From: Fibrobacteria bacterium
GTDB lineage: Bacteria > Fibrobacterota > Fibrobacteria > UBA11236
Direction of reading: 5' to 3'
DNA: 64,000 bases
Assembly (NCBI GenBank): GCA_043745805.1
Contig: JAYTSD010000001.1
Span: 67,680 to 131,679, forward strand
The notes beneath the pieces were generated by a model, which saw nothing but the letters and a program-made list of their open reading frames with translations, was not told the origin of the DNA and searched no databases. A program made the position numbers and the translations under genes. Every line of letters begins with the position of its first letter. The first letter of the stretch is position 1. Shown here piece by piece: positions 8,555 to 16,989 of the stretch.

Positions 8555-11470
8555 ATGTCTGCAAAAGATAAAGATTTAAAAAATAAACCCAGTTTACCTT
8601 GGTGGACATGGGTATTGCCTTTACTTATCTTCCATTTTGGTACGGGCCTATCTCTTAATTTTCAGATTTCTCAACGCATGTCGCTGTGGTATTTACCTGT
8701 CCCTTTGGGATTATTTCTCATTCATTGGTGGGGACCACGCGTTCTTTTAGGATTGTATTTAAATGCCTTACTTTGTGCGGGCTACTGGGGTTTTAATCAT
8801 TGGTGGTTTTGGCCACTTTATGCTTTACCCGAAACCCTGAAAGTCGGACTTTCTTGGTTGCTATTTACCAGAATTTTGAAAGGAAAAGTTTGGCTTCCTG
8901 ATTTATCTAACATGTGGCGTTTCCTACTCTTTGGCATGATTACTCCATGTTTTCTCGGCAGTGTTTTCGGAGAAGCATTATTTATAGTCTTGGGTGATTT
9001 TCATCCCGAACACTGGTGGCATGAGGCCTATGTGCAATTTGTGCTCGATATACTTTGCCCATTTGCTATCACTGTGCCGGCGCTCCTATTTGCCACCGCT
9101 TACATTGAAAAATTCAAGTTGTCTATGACACAAGGCGCGTATCCTTGCTCGGCGTTAGTATTATCAGGACGTATTACGCGGTTGATGATGTATGAAGTCA
9201 TAGCTTTATTTTCAGGATTACTAATTTTGAGTCTATGCGTTTCATTAGAAACGTATTGGTTCGTCTACGGTGTATTTTTGATTTGGGGGGCTTTACGTTT
9301 TGGTATTGGCGTGGCATCCATTGGAACGATATGGACTATTTGTTTGGCAATATTGTTTCCCGCTTTATTATCTAATCATTTTGCATCCTTATGGTTGACT
9401 CGATCGGATTTGCTTAAAGTCAATTTGAATTTGGCAACGCTTTGTTTTGCAGCCTTAGTCGTTGGTCGTGCCTTAAGTGATGTCTTTCAAGAAATCGAAA
9501 CGCGTAAACAGGCTGAATCCAGTTTAAAAATTAGCGAAAATAAATATCGACTATTATTTGAATCCGCTTCCGATGCCATTATTTTGGGAGATAAGGGAAT
9601 AATATTCGATTGTAATAAACGCGCCTTGGAAATGCTTGGGGCCAAACTTGAAGACATTATTGGTTCACATTCTTCTCGTTTTTTTCAATCACAATTGCCC
9701 GATGGTAGCGATGCTGTAACTGTCATGTCCAAGTTACGGTCGGAAGCCTTGGATGGCCACCCTCAATTTTTCGAATGGAAAGTAAAACGCCTTGATGGCA
9801 GCTTGATCAATACGGAAATAACCTTTAGAGGCGTGGATTTAGATGGGAAACGTATCATTATGGCCGTAATACACGATATTACGCAAAGAAAAAAGATGGA
9901 GCGGGCGGTTTTTGAAAGTGAATATCGACATCGTACTTTGTTTGAATCTGCAAATGATGCCATTGTAGTTTCGGAAAATGGTTTGATATTGGATTGTAAT
10001 CATCGCACCACCGAGCTATTTGGATTTACCCGTGAGCAAATGATAGGTTTTCCAGCCACTATGGGTTTTCCCGATTTCCAACCTAATGGAGTTCGGACTG
10101 CTGACTTAGTTCTCAGCCATCGTCTTGCGGCATTGGAAGGAACTCCGCAAAGCTATGAACTGTTACAAAAAAAAGCCGACGGTAGCACCTTTGAAACGGA
10201 AACTACTTTAGCCCCAGTAATTTTAGAAGGGCGGCGTATTATCCAAGTGGTGATTCGCGATATTTCGCAGCGCAAAAAAATAGAAAGGGCTTTGGTGGAA
10301 AGCGAAGAGCGCTTTAGGCAAATGGCCGAAAATATACAGGAGATTTTTTTCTTATTGGATAAAGCCACTCAAACCATGCTTTATGTCAGTCCGATTGCGG
10401 AATCTTTATTAGGTGTCCCTTTAGAAAATGTGATTAATCGACCTTTGGCAATTGACGAACGCATGCATCCGGAAGATAGGGAACGGGTAGGATTTTTTAA
10501 AGATGGGGCTTGGTATAAGCGTACATTCAATGAAGATTTTCGTTTTATTCGTCCCGACGGAGTAACTCGATGGTTACGGATGCGGACATTCTTGATTCCT
10601 GATAATGAAGGCCGTATTTACCGTGTAGCAGGTGTGGCAACGGATATAACCGAATATAAAACCGCACAGGAAGAGACGCGCAATCATCAACAAAAGTTAG
10701 TGCAGGCCGATAAAATGAACTCCTTGGGACAAATGGTTTCTGGAGTGGCTCATGAAATCAATAATCCGAATAATTTGATAATGTTGAATGCGGATGTAAT
10801 GGATACTTTTTGGAAACATTTACGCCCTGCGCTTAGAGATTATTTTGCTCGCTATCCCGATTGGAAACTTGCGAATATTCCTTATGACAAAGCGGAAGGT
10901 AAATATGAAACTCTCTTGCAGGGGATTACGGGTGGTGCAAAGCGTATTAAAAATATAGTTGATAATTTAAAAGATTTTGCACGAGTGAATCATGGGGATC
11001 TTTCTGAATCAATCGTCATAGAAAAAGTTATCGCTGCTTCTATAGGGATTGTGGATCATTTAATTAGAAAATCTACGAATCATTTCCAGGTATTGAACGG
11101 TGAAAATATTCCTCCGATTTTAGGTAACTTTCAAAAACTGGAGCAAGTAATTATTAATTTAATTACTAATGCTTGCCAAGCCTTGGCATCGAGTTCCCAT
11201 GCGATTCGTATTGAGACTTGGTTTGATAAAGAAAATGAAAGAGTAGGTATTCGCGTGGAAGATGAAGGAATAGGTATACCCGAGAATTTTTTGCGAATGG
11301 TTACCGATCCATTCTTTACCACGAAACGAGATAGTGGAGGAACGGGTTTAGGGCTATCCGTTTCCTATGGAATTATTCGTGAACATAAAGGTACTTTGGA
11401 AATTCAATCCCAAGAAAATCATGGAACCAAAGTGGAAATAATGTTACCTGCTAGGAATCCTAAGCTATGA
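8555..11470 (+). CDS. multi-PAS sensor histidine kinase with polytopic N-terminal membrane domain
   Basis: 971 aa. About 8 predicted TM helices (residues 1-300) and at least three PAS-like blocks. H-box SGVAHEINNPNN; N, G1 and G2 boxes (INLITNACQA, EDEGIGIP, GGTGLGLS). Confidence 0.8.
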   Translation: MSAKDKDLKNKPSLPWWTWVLPLLIFHFGTGLSLNFQISQRMSLWYLPVPLGLFLIHWWGPRVLLGLYLNALLCAGYWGFNHWWFWPLYALPETLKVGLSWLLFTRILKGKVWLPDLSNMWRFLLFGMITPCFLGSVFGEALFIVLGDFHPEHWWHEAYVQFVLDILCPFAITVPALLFATAYIEKFKLSMTQGAYPCSALVLSGRITRLMMYEVIALFSGLLILSLCVSLETYWFVYGVFLIWGALRFGIGVASIGTIWTICLAILFPALLSNHFASLWLTRSDLLKVNLNLATLCFAALVVGRALSDVFQEIETRKQAESSLKISENKYRLLFESASDAIILGDKGIIFDCNKRALEMLGAKLEDIIGSHSSRFFQSQLPDGSDAVTVMSKLRSEALDGHPQFFEWKVKRLDGSLINTEITFRGVDLDGKRIIMAVIHDITQRKKMERAVFESEYRHRTLFESANDAIVVSENGLILDCNHRTTELFGFTREQMIGFPATMGFPDFQPNGVRTADLVLSHRLAALEGTPQSYELLQKKADGSTFETETTLAPVILEGRRIIQVVIRDISQRKKIERALVESEERFRQMAENIQEIFFLLDKATQTMLYVSPIAESLLGVPLENVINRPLAIDERMHPEDRERVGFFKDGAWYKRTFNEDFRFIRPDGVTRWLRMRTFLIPDNEGRIYRVAGVATDITEYKTAQEETRNHQQKLVQADKMNSLGQMVSGVAHEINNPNNLIMLNADVMDTFWKHLRPALRDYFARYPDWKLANIPYDKAEGKYETLLQGITGGAKRIKNIVDNLKDFARVNHGDLSESIVIEKVIAASIGIVDHLIRKSTNHFQVLNGENIPPILGNFQKLEQVIINLITNACQALASSSHAIRIETWFDKENERVGIRVEDEGIGIPENFLRMVTDPFFTTKRDSGGTGLGLSVSYGIIREHKGTLEIQSQENHGTKVEIMLPARNPKL

Positions 11471-11510
11471 ATTTTTTCTATCCTTTGCATAAGGGGATAA
11501 GGTAACTCCT

Positions 11511-13148
11511 ATGTTTCGCCCAAGTTCTTCTATCGCTTTAATGGTTATTGTAACAATTGTAACAGTTATTACCTTAATATTAAGCTTATTTGGGTTTTCT
11601 AATTATAGAGTAAATCAGGAAAGAGAATGGAAACAGCTTAATCAAGATCTTGCTGCCGAATCAGAACAGGCAGCGGTTTCACTGGCCTTACCCATTTGGA
11701 ATATAGATAGACCACAAATCGAAAAAATCTTAGAAAGTGTCATGCTTAATCGTATGGTTTACGGATTGATTTTGGAGCTTGAAGACGAACACCACACGAC
11801 AATTCTTAGAGATAGGGATGAGAAATGGAGGGTTCGTATACCAGGACATTCGATTGAACAGGCTGGTTTATTGACGAATTCGAATGCTATTGCGACTGGA
11901 TCACAACTGCTAGGTCATGTTACCGTTTATGGATCGGCAAAGTTTATTGAAACAAATTTGCGAGCCTTTTTGTATTGGACTATTGCCAGTATTTTGTTGT
12001 TGGACATAATTCTTTCTTTAGGATTGTATTTCTTACTTTGGTACTGGGTTTTTCAGCCTTTGAAGAAAATTGAAAGTTACGCTGTAGCCCTTAATCACTC
12101 TGGCTCTGCGACGATTGGGATTTCGGGAGGTCGATTTTATGGTGAATTAGAAAGTCTGCGATCCCATTTGGAGCAAATGGTGGTTCAATTGAACATGCGT
12201 TATCTAGAATTACAGAAAGAAACCAAACAGCGAAAATTGACAGAAACGGCCTTGCGGGAAAGCGATAATCGATTTCGGCAAATGGCCGAAAATATTGAGG
12301 AAATTTTCTTTTTAATCGATCAACCCACCGAAGCCTTACTTTATTTAAGTCCTATTTCAATTTCAATTTTAGGTTATTCTCCTGATGAAATTATTCCGCA
12401 ATGGCAAGATTTTAAAAAATTCTGGAATACAGAGGATATGCAAAGAATTGGTTTTTATGATCATGGAGCTTGGTATAAAAAAGCCTTCAACGAGGAATTC
12501 CGTTGGAATCGTCCCGATTGGAAACCGGCAAATATTCCTTATGATAAGGCGGAAGAAAAATATGAAACTCTTTTGCAGGGGATTTCGGGCGGGGCCAAAC
12601 GTATTCAAAATATCGTAGGTAGTTTGAAAGATTTTGCACGCCTTGACGCAGGTGAAATTTCCGAGCCTATTCTGATAGAAAAGGTTATTGAAGCGGCCAT
12701 TGGAATAGTCGATCATTTGATCAAAAAATCAACTCATCATTTTAAGGTTGAAATTGGCAATAATATTCCTAGAATAAAAGGACGTTTTCAAAAACTAGAA
12801 CAAGTTATTATTAATCTTATTACTAACGCCTGCCAGTCATTGGAATCCCGCGAGAAGTCCATTTCCATTCACGTTTGCTATTCAGAAGATATCAAGAGGG
12901 TATGTCTTCGCGTAGAAGATCAAGGTTGTGGTATTACTGCAAATCTACTCAATAAAGTTACCGATCCTTTTTTTACCACTAAGCGAGATATGGGTGGAAC
13001 CGGCCTCGGTCTTTCGGTAACCTATGGAATTATTAAGGAACATCAAGGAGCCATAGAAATTCAATCCATTGAGCATTTGGGAACAAAGGTGGAAATTTTG
13101 CTTCCCATTTACCCAGAAAAAAATAAGGGGAATAATTATGCACCATGA
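11511..13148 (+). CDS. histidine-kinase paralog lacking the phospho-acceptor (H-box) helix
   Basis: 545 aa: TM, ~130-aa extracytoplasmic domain, TM, HAMP-like coiled coil, partial PAS, then directly the CA (HATPase) domain. Colinear with the upstream kinase except for a ~103-aa in-frame gap that removes the H-box. Confidence 0.7.
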   Translation: MFRPSSSIALMVIVTIVTVITLILSLFGFSNYRVNQEREWKQLNQDLAAESEQAAVSLALPIWNIDRPQIEKILESVMLNRMVYGLILELEDEHHTTILRDRDEKWRVRIPGHSIEQAGLLTNSNAIATGSQLLGHVTVYGSAKFIETNLRAFLYWTIASILLLDIILSLGLYFLLWYWVFQPLKKIESYAVALNHSGSATIGISGGRFYGELESLRSHLEQMVVQLNMRYLELQKETKQRKLTETALRESDNRFRQMAENIEEIFFLIDQPTEALLYLSPISISILGYSPDEIIPQWQDFKKFWNTEDMQRIGFYDHGAWYKKAFNEEFRWNRPDWKPANIPYDKAEEKYETLLQGISGGAKRIQNIVGSLKDFARLDAGEISEPILIEKVIEAAIGIVDHLIKKSTHHFKVEIGNNIPRIKGRFQKLEQVIINLITNACQSLESREKSISIHVCYSEDIKRVCLRVEDQGCGITANLLNKVTDPFFTTKRDMGGTGLGLSVTYGIIKEHQGAIEIQSIEHLGTKVEILLPIYPEKNKGNNYAP

Positions 13149-14583
13149 AATTTCAATACTTATTGTAGACGATGAAGAGGATATTCTTACTTCTGAAGAA
13201 TTGGTATTACAGATGAATGGCTATACTAATATTACTACTTGTTCGGATTCGCGAAAAGTGGAAAGTATTCTGAATAAGAATCCGAATAGCCTCGCCATTT
13301 TGGATATTACTATGCCGCAAATAGACGGTATAGAACTTCTTTCTCGGATTAAACACAATCATCCGCAAGTAACGGTGGTAATGATGACCGGATTAAATGA
13401 TGTGGAAACAGCGGTTCGCTGTTTAAAGAATGGGGCTCTTGATTATATCCTTAAACCCTTCGATCAAAATCGGTTTTTGACTTGTGTAAAAAAAGCGTTA
13501 GAGCATCATATTGTTTGTGATGAATCTATTCGTTTAGCACGCGGTGTACTCGAAGAGAATGTTATAAATCCCAAAAGTTTTTCTGCAATTGTTACTCAGG
13601 AAAGACGATTGGTTAATATTTTTAAATATATCGAAGCCGTAGCGCCAACGGGTTTATCAGTTCTGTTAACAGGGGAAACCGGTGTAGGTAAAGAATTATT
13701 TGCTAACGCGGTGCACTTGGCAAGTGGTCGAACTGGTGAGTTTGTTTGTGTGAATAGTGCTGGGATTGACGACGCCATGTTTAGCGATTCACTTTTTGGC
13801 CATGTTTCTGGCGCTTATACAGGTGCGCAAAAGGGTCGCAAAGGTCTTATTGATCGCGCTAAAAATGGAACCTTATTTCTTGATGAAATAGGAGACATGA
13901 AACCGGAAACTCAAGTTAAACTATTACGTTTATTACAAGAAGGAACCTTCTACCGCTTAGGTCAAGAGACTGAAGAAAGAACCAATGCTAGGATTGTGGC
14001 GGCCACTAATCGTTCCTTAGAGGAATTACAGAATGATCCCCGTTTCCGAAAAGATTTATTTTATCGCTTAAAAGCGCATCATGTATATATCCCTCCCCTG
14101 CGGGAAAGAATGAATGATGTGCCTTTACTTACCAATAGGTTTTTAGCCCAATGCGCCCAAGAACAAAACAAAGCGAAACCCACTCCCCCTCCAGAACTAG
14201 ATATTTTACTTTCCAATTATCATTTTCCGGGAAATGTACGCGAGTTACGTGGTTTGGTTTACGATGCGGTCAGTAGGCATCAGGGTGGAGTTTTATCCTG
14301 TAGCTCTTTTAAAGATGCAATCGGAACGAAACATTTAAGTAACGGTAACGTGAATAAAATGATTCCATTTAGTAAAGAAATACTTTTTCCATCCCCACTT
14401 CCTTCGGTTCGAGAAATAGAAAATGCACTTATTCGCGAAGCATTAAAACGAACCGGTGGTAATAAATCCTTAGCTTCGGAAATGATTGGAATGGCCCGCC
14501 AAACCTTTAGAACTAGAGTTAAGGAATTGCAGCCTCCTTGGGAAAATGCTGATAACATGGTAGAAGTAGAGGGAATAGACTAA
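13138..14583 (+). CDS. sigma-54-dependent two-component response regulator (NtrC family)
   Basis: REC domain (ILIVDDEEDIL...DITMPQIDG) plus a sigma-54 activator AAA+ domain: Walker A GETGVGKE, the GAFTGA-like motif GAYTGA, and ESELFGH-like SLFGH. C-terminal Fis-type HTH. The ATG at 13138 overlaps the preceding kinase by 11 bp. Confidence 0.85.
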   Translation: MHHEISILIVDDEEDILTSEELVLQMNGYTNITTCSDSRKVESILNKNPNSLAILDITMPQIDGIELLSRIKHNHPQVTVVMMTGLNDVETAVRCLKNGALDYILKPFDQNRFLTCVKKALEHHIVCDESIRLARGVLEENVINPKSFSAIVTQERRLVNIFKYIEAVAPTGLSVLLTGETGVGKELFANAVHLASGRTGEFVCVNSAGIDDAMFSDSLFGHVSGAYTGAQKGRKGLIDRAKNGTLFLDEIGDMKPETQVKLLRLLQEGTFYRLGQETEERTNARIVAATNRSLEELQNDPRFRKDLFYRLKAHHVYIPPLRERMNDVPLLTNRFLAQCAQEQNKAKPTPPPELDILLSNYHFPGNVRELRGLVYDAVSRHQGGVLSCSSFKDAIGTKHLSNGNVNKMIPFSKEILFPSPLPSVREIENALIREALKRTGGNKSLASEMIGMARQTFRTRVKELQPPWENADNMVEVEGID

Positions 14584-14632
14584 GTCTCCACACATTTTGA
14601 GTTTAAAATAGGGAATAAAGTCGTGGCTAAAT

Positions 14633-14647
14633 TTGGTCAATGACCAA
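14633..14647. promoter_or_regulatory. perfect 15-bp palindrome TTGGTCAATGACCAA (candidate enhancer/UAS)
   Basis: Read directly from the sequence. It lies ~185 bp upstream of the -24/-12 element, a typical distance for bacterial enhancer-binding-protein sites. Confidence 0.3.
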
Positions 14648-14817
14648 TTTTTATAAGCTCATAAATTCAATGGAGGCCCGTCTTATCTAGGGTTTGCTCA
14701 TTTTACAATAAAAATTAGCCACCCTTTTTTACCACACAATTGGAAATATGTTTTTTTGGGAGGCCTTAAAACGAGCTTAAAGGCGATTTTATTCAAATTA
14801 ATTGCAATAAAGAAAAA

Positions 14818-14833
14818 TGGCACAGGGCTTGCA
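14818..14833 (+). promoter_or_regulatory. sigma-54 (-24/-12) promoter TGGCACagggcTTGCA
   Basis: Exact match to TGGCAC-N5-TTGCA. It is ~55 bp upstream of the 14887 ORF and directly downstream of the NtrC-type activator gene. Confidence 0.6.
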
Positions 14834-14886
14834 TTGTAATCTCCTTGTAAAAGTGTTTCACGACGAATTGTTACTAAGAGGTTATC

Positions 14887-15216
14887 ATGGTAGGTTTGGA
14901 ATTGACAAGAGAATGTCAGACGGAATTTGAAGATGCCATTTTACAAATGGCACAAGAACTTATTCCTATTGCCCAATTAGTTTCTGATTTTCCTGAATGG
15001 AGTAAAGCTTTAGCGAAGGGATTTTTTGACCTCTCCATTTTATCCCAAAAGGGTGGAGAAAAGAAGATTTATTTTTCTGCAAGAGCATTTTCTCAAATAT
15101 TAAATCAATTACAAAAATCTCCGGAAGAAGATATTCCCTTTATCCTAAGTAAAGGAATTGAATTTTTGAATTCCATAATTATTGAAAATAAAATAAACTC
15201 CATGAGGAGTTTATAA
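14887..15216 (+). CDS. hypothetical small protein (first gene of sigma-54-driven operon)
   Basis: 109-aa ORF with no recognisable motif. Tightly followed by cheW. Confidence 0.4.
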   Translation: MVGLELTRECQTEFEDAILQMAQELIPIAQLVSDFPEWSKALAKGFFDLSILSQKGGEKKIYFSARAFSQILNQLQKSPEEDIPFILSKGIEFLNSIIIENKINSMRSL

Positions 15217-15758
15217 TGGTTGATTTATTTGGAGAAGAATATTCACCTTCTAGAGGTGCAAAAATGGTAGATGGTAGATATTTCACTTTTCGTTTAGGGG
15301 AAGAGATATTTGGAATAAGCATACTTAAAGTACAAGAAACCTTAAGTGTTAATACCTTAAAGCAAGTTGCAAATTTACCTAAATATTTTAGTGGCATAAC
15401 TACTTTAAGAGGACAACCTATTCCCGTAATAGATTTACGTTTGAAATTCGGATTGGAAAGTCGCACGGCCAATAACTCTCCCTTTTCCCTAATTGTCGTG
15501 CAGCTTTCTACACCCATTATATTCGGTAAAAAATCAGAAAGTGCTTTAGCGCTTGCAATTGATGAAGAAACCGACATGGTTAATATATTGAATGGACAAA
15601 TCGAATTAAAATCCATTCGTGGTCAAAATCGGAATGGAACTTTACTATTCGGTATTGCGCGTATCCAACAAAAAGTTATTCGCTTATTGAATATTGATCA
15701 AATAATAAGCTTAGAAGATTGGGCAATACTTTTGAATTTGGAAATGGTTACGGAATAA
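15216..15758 (+). CDS. cheW: chemotaxis coupling protein CheW (second copy)
   Basis: CheW-like domain (RYFTFRLGEEIFGISILKVQE...LRGQPIPVIDLRLKFG). Confidence 0.8.
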   Translation: MVDLFGEEYSPSRGAKMVDGRYFTFRLGEEIFGISILKVQETLSVNTLKQVANLPKYFSGITTLRGQPIPVIDLRLKFGLESRTANNSPFSLIVVQLSTPIIFGKKSESALALAIDEETDMVNILNGQIELKSIRGQNRNGTLLFGIARIQQKVIRLLNIDQIISLEDWAILLNLEMVTE

Positions 15759-15759
15759 T

Positions 15760-16869
15760 ATGAATAATATGCACGCATTAATTGTTGACGATGACAAACA
15801 AGCATTAGATACCATGGGAATGATTTTAGAGATGGATGATTTTTTTGTCTCCAAAACCGAAAATGGTCAACAAGCTTTGGATTGTTTAACGGGATATGAA
15901 AATACGGAAAATACTGTTGATTTTTTGGTATTAGACTTAGAGATGGATACGCTTTCGGGAATCGAGTTACTCACAGAATTACGTAAACGTGGTAATATGA
16001 TTCCGGTTATGGTGGTTACGGGTTTTGCGTCTAGAAAAAATGTTATCAATTTACTTAGGCAAGGCGTTTTCGATTTTTTGGACAAGCCCATACGGATGGA
16101 AGAGTTTCGTTCGCATGTTCATCGACTGGCTAATGAAGTGCTAAATCGCCGCAAGGAGATTGCTGTTTTACCTGTCGTCACTCAACACCGTGCAGTTTCC
16201 GTTTTTGATTTAGGGAATTTAGGTTTCCCTTATACATTGCGTCGTCGCATTGATGTAACGTCTGGGAATCACCTGATTTTAGCAAATCGCAAGCGCTCAG
16301 GTTATGATATTCTTCTTGTAGAGGCTTTTGGGGCTGATTCAGAATGTTTTTATATGACCATGCTAATTAAAAACTATTTCGATAAAAATCGAACTTTAGA
16401 TACAGCGCCACAAAATTTTTTACAAGGTTTGAACCAGGTTATATTGGATGGATCCTTGAAATGTCGAGAAGTTAGGGCATTATTAATCCATCTTGGTAAC
16501 GCCGGCATACTAGAAGTCCTTCCTGCAGGTTACCCCACACGGATGTTTTTTGGACTTGGAAAAGATCAGCCCAGATTTTTGACTTTTTCTGGATTACCAT
16601 TGGGCGGACAAGCAACGGTTGGACAAATAAAATTTGAAATTCCTTATAAGCCAAACGATAAACTATTTGTCTTTGCAGAAAATAAAATCGCTTCGAATGG
16701 CGAAAAAAGCCTAGACGATACCGAAGAATTTTTGATGGCAGAAAGCGTACTAGGCCAAGGTCATGACTCTTTAGATGAAATGACGGATTCGATGTGGCAA
16801 AGAATACATAAAGAAATTAAAAATGCAAAAGTCAGTGATGGCTTTCTACTAGGTTTAACATTGCCATAA
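15760..16869 (+). CDS. response regulator with C-terminal PP2C/SpoIIE-like (possibly degenerate) domain
   Basis: REC domain (ALIVDDDKQALD...DLEMDTLSGIELL...VVTGF...K). The C-terminal ~230 aa have weak PP2C-like spacing (SGYDILLVEAFGADSE...), and the usual DVSGHG metal-binding motif is not conserved. Confidence 0.5.
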   Translation: MNNMHALIVDDDKQALDTMGMILEMDDFFVSKTENGQQALDCLTGYENTENTVDFLVLDLEMDTLSGIELLTELRKRGNMIPVMVVTGFASRKNVINLLRQGVFDFLDKPIRMEEFRSHVHRLANEVLNRRKEIAVLPVVTQHRAVSVFDLGNLGFPYTLRRRIDVTSGNHLILANRKRSGYDILLVEAFGADSECFYMTMLIKNYFDKNRTLDTAPQNFLQGLNQVILDGSLKCREVRALLIHLGNAGILEVLPAGYPTRMFFGLGKDQPRFLTFSGLPLGGQATVGQIKFEIPYKPNDKLFVFAENKIASNGEKSLDDTEEFLMAESVLGQGHDSLDEMTDSMWQRIHKEIKNAKVSDGFLLGLTLP

Positions 16870-16989
16870 AAACCCTCCTAAAAAAGGTGAAAAGTACAAT
16901 GTGCTGCTGAATAAACTCAACCGCATAAGCCAGACATTTCTTATTTTTCCGTCGCGCTGAAGAATCGGCGGACAAATTAGGAGAGGCTT

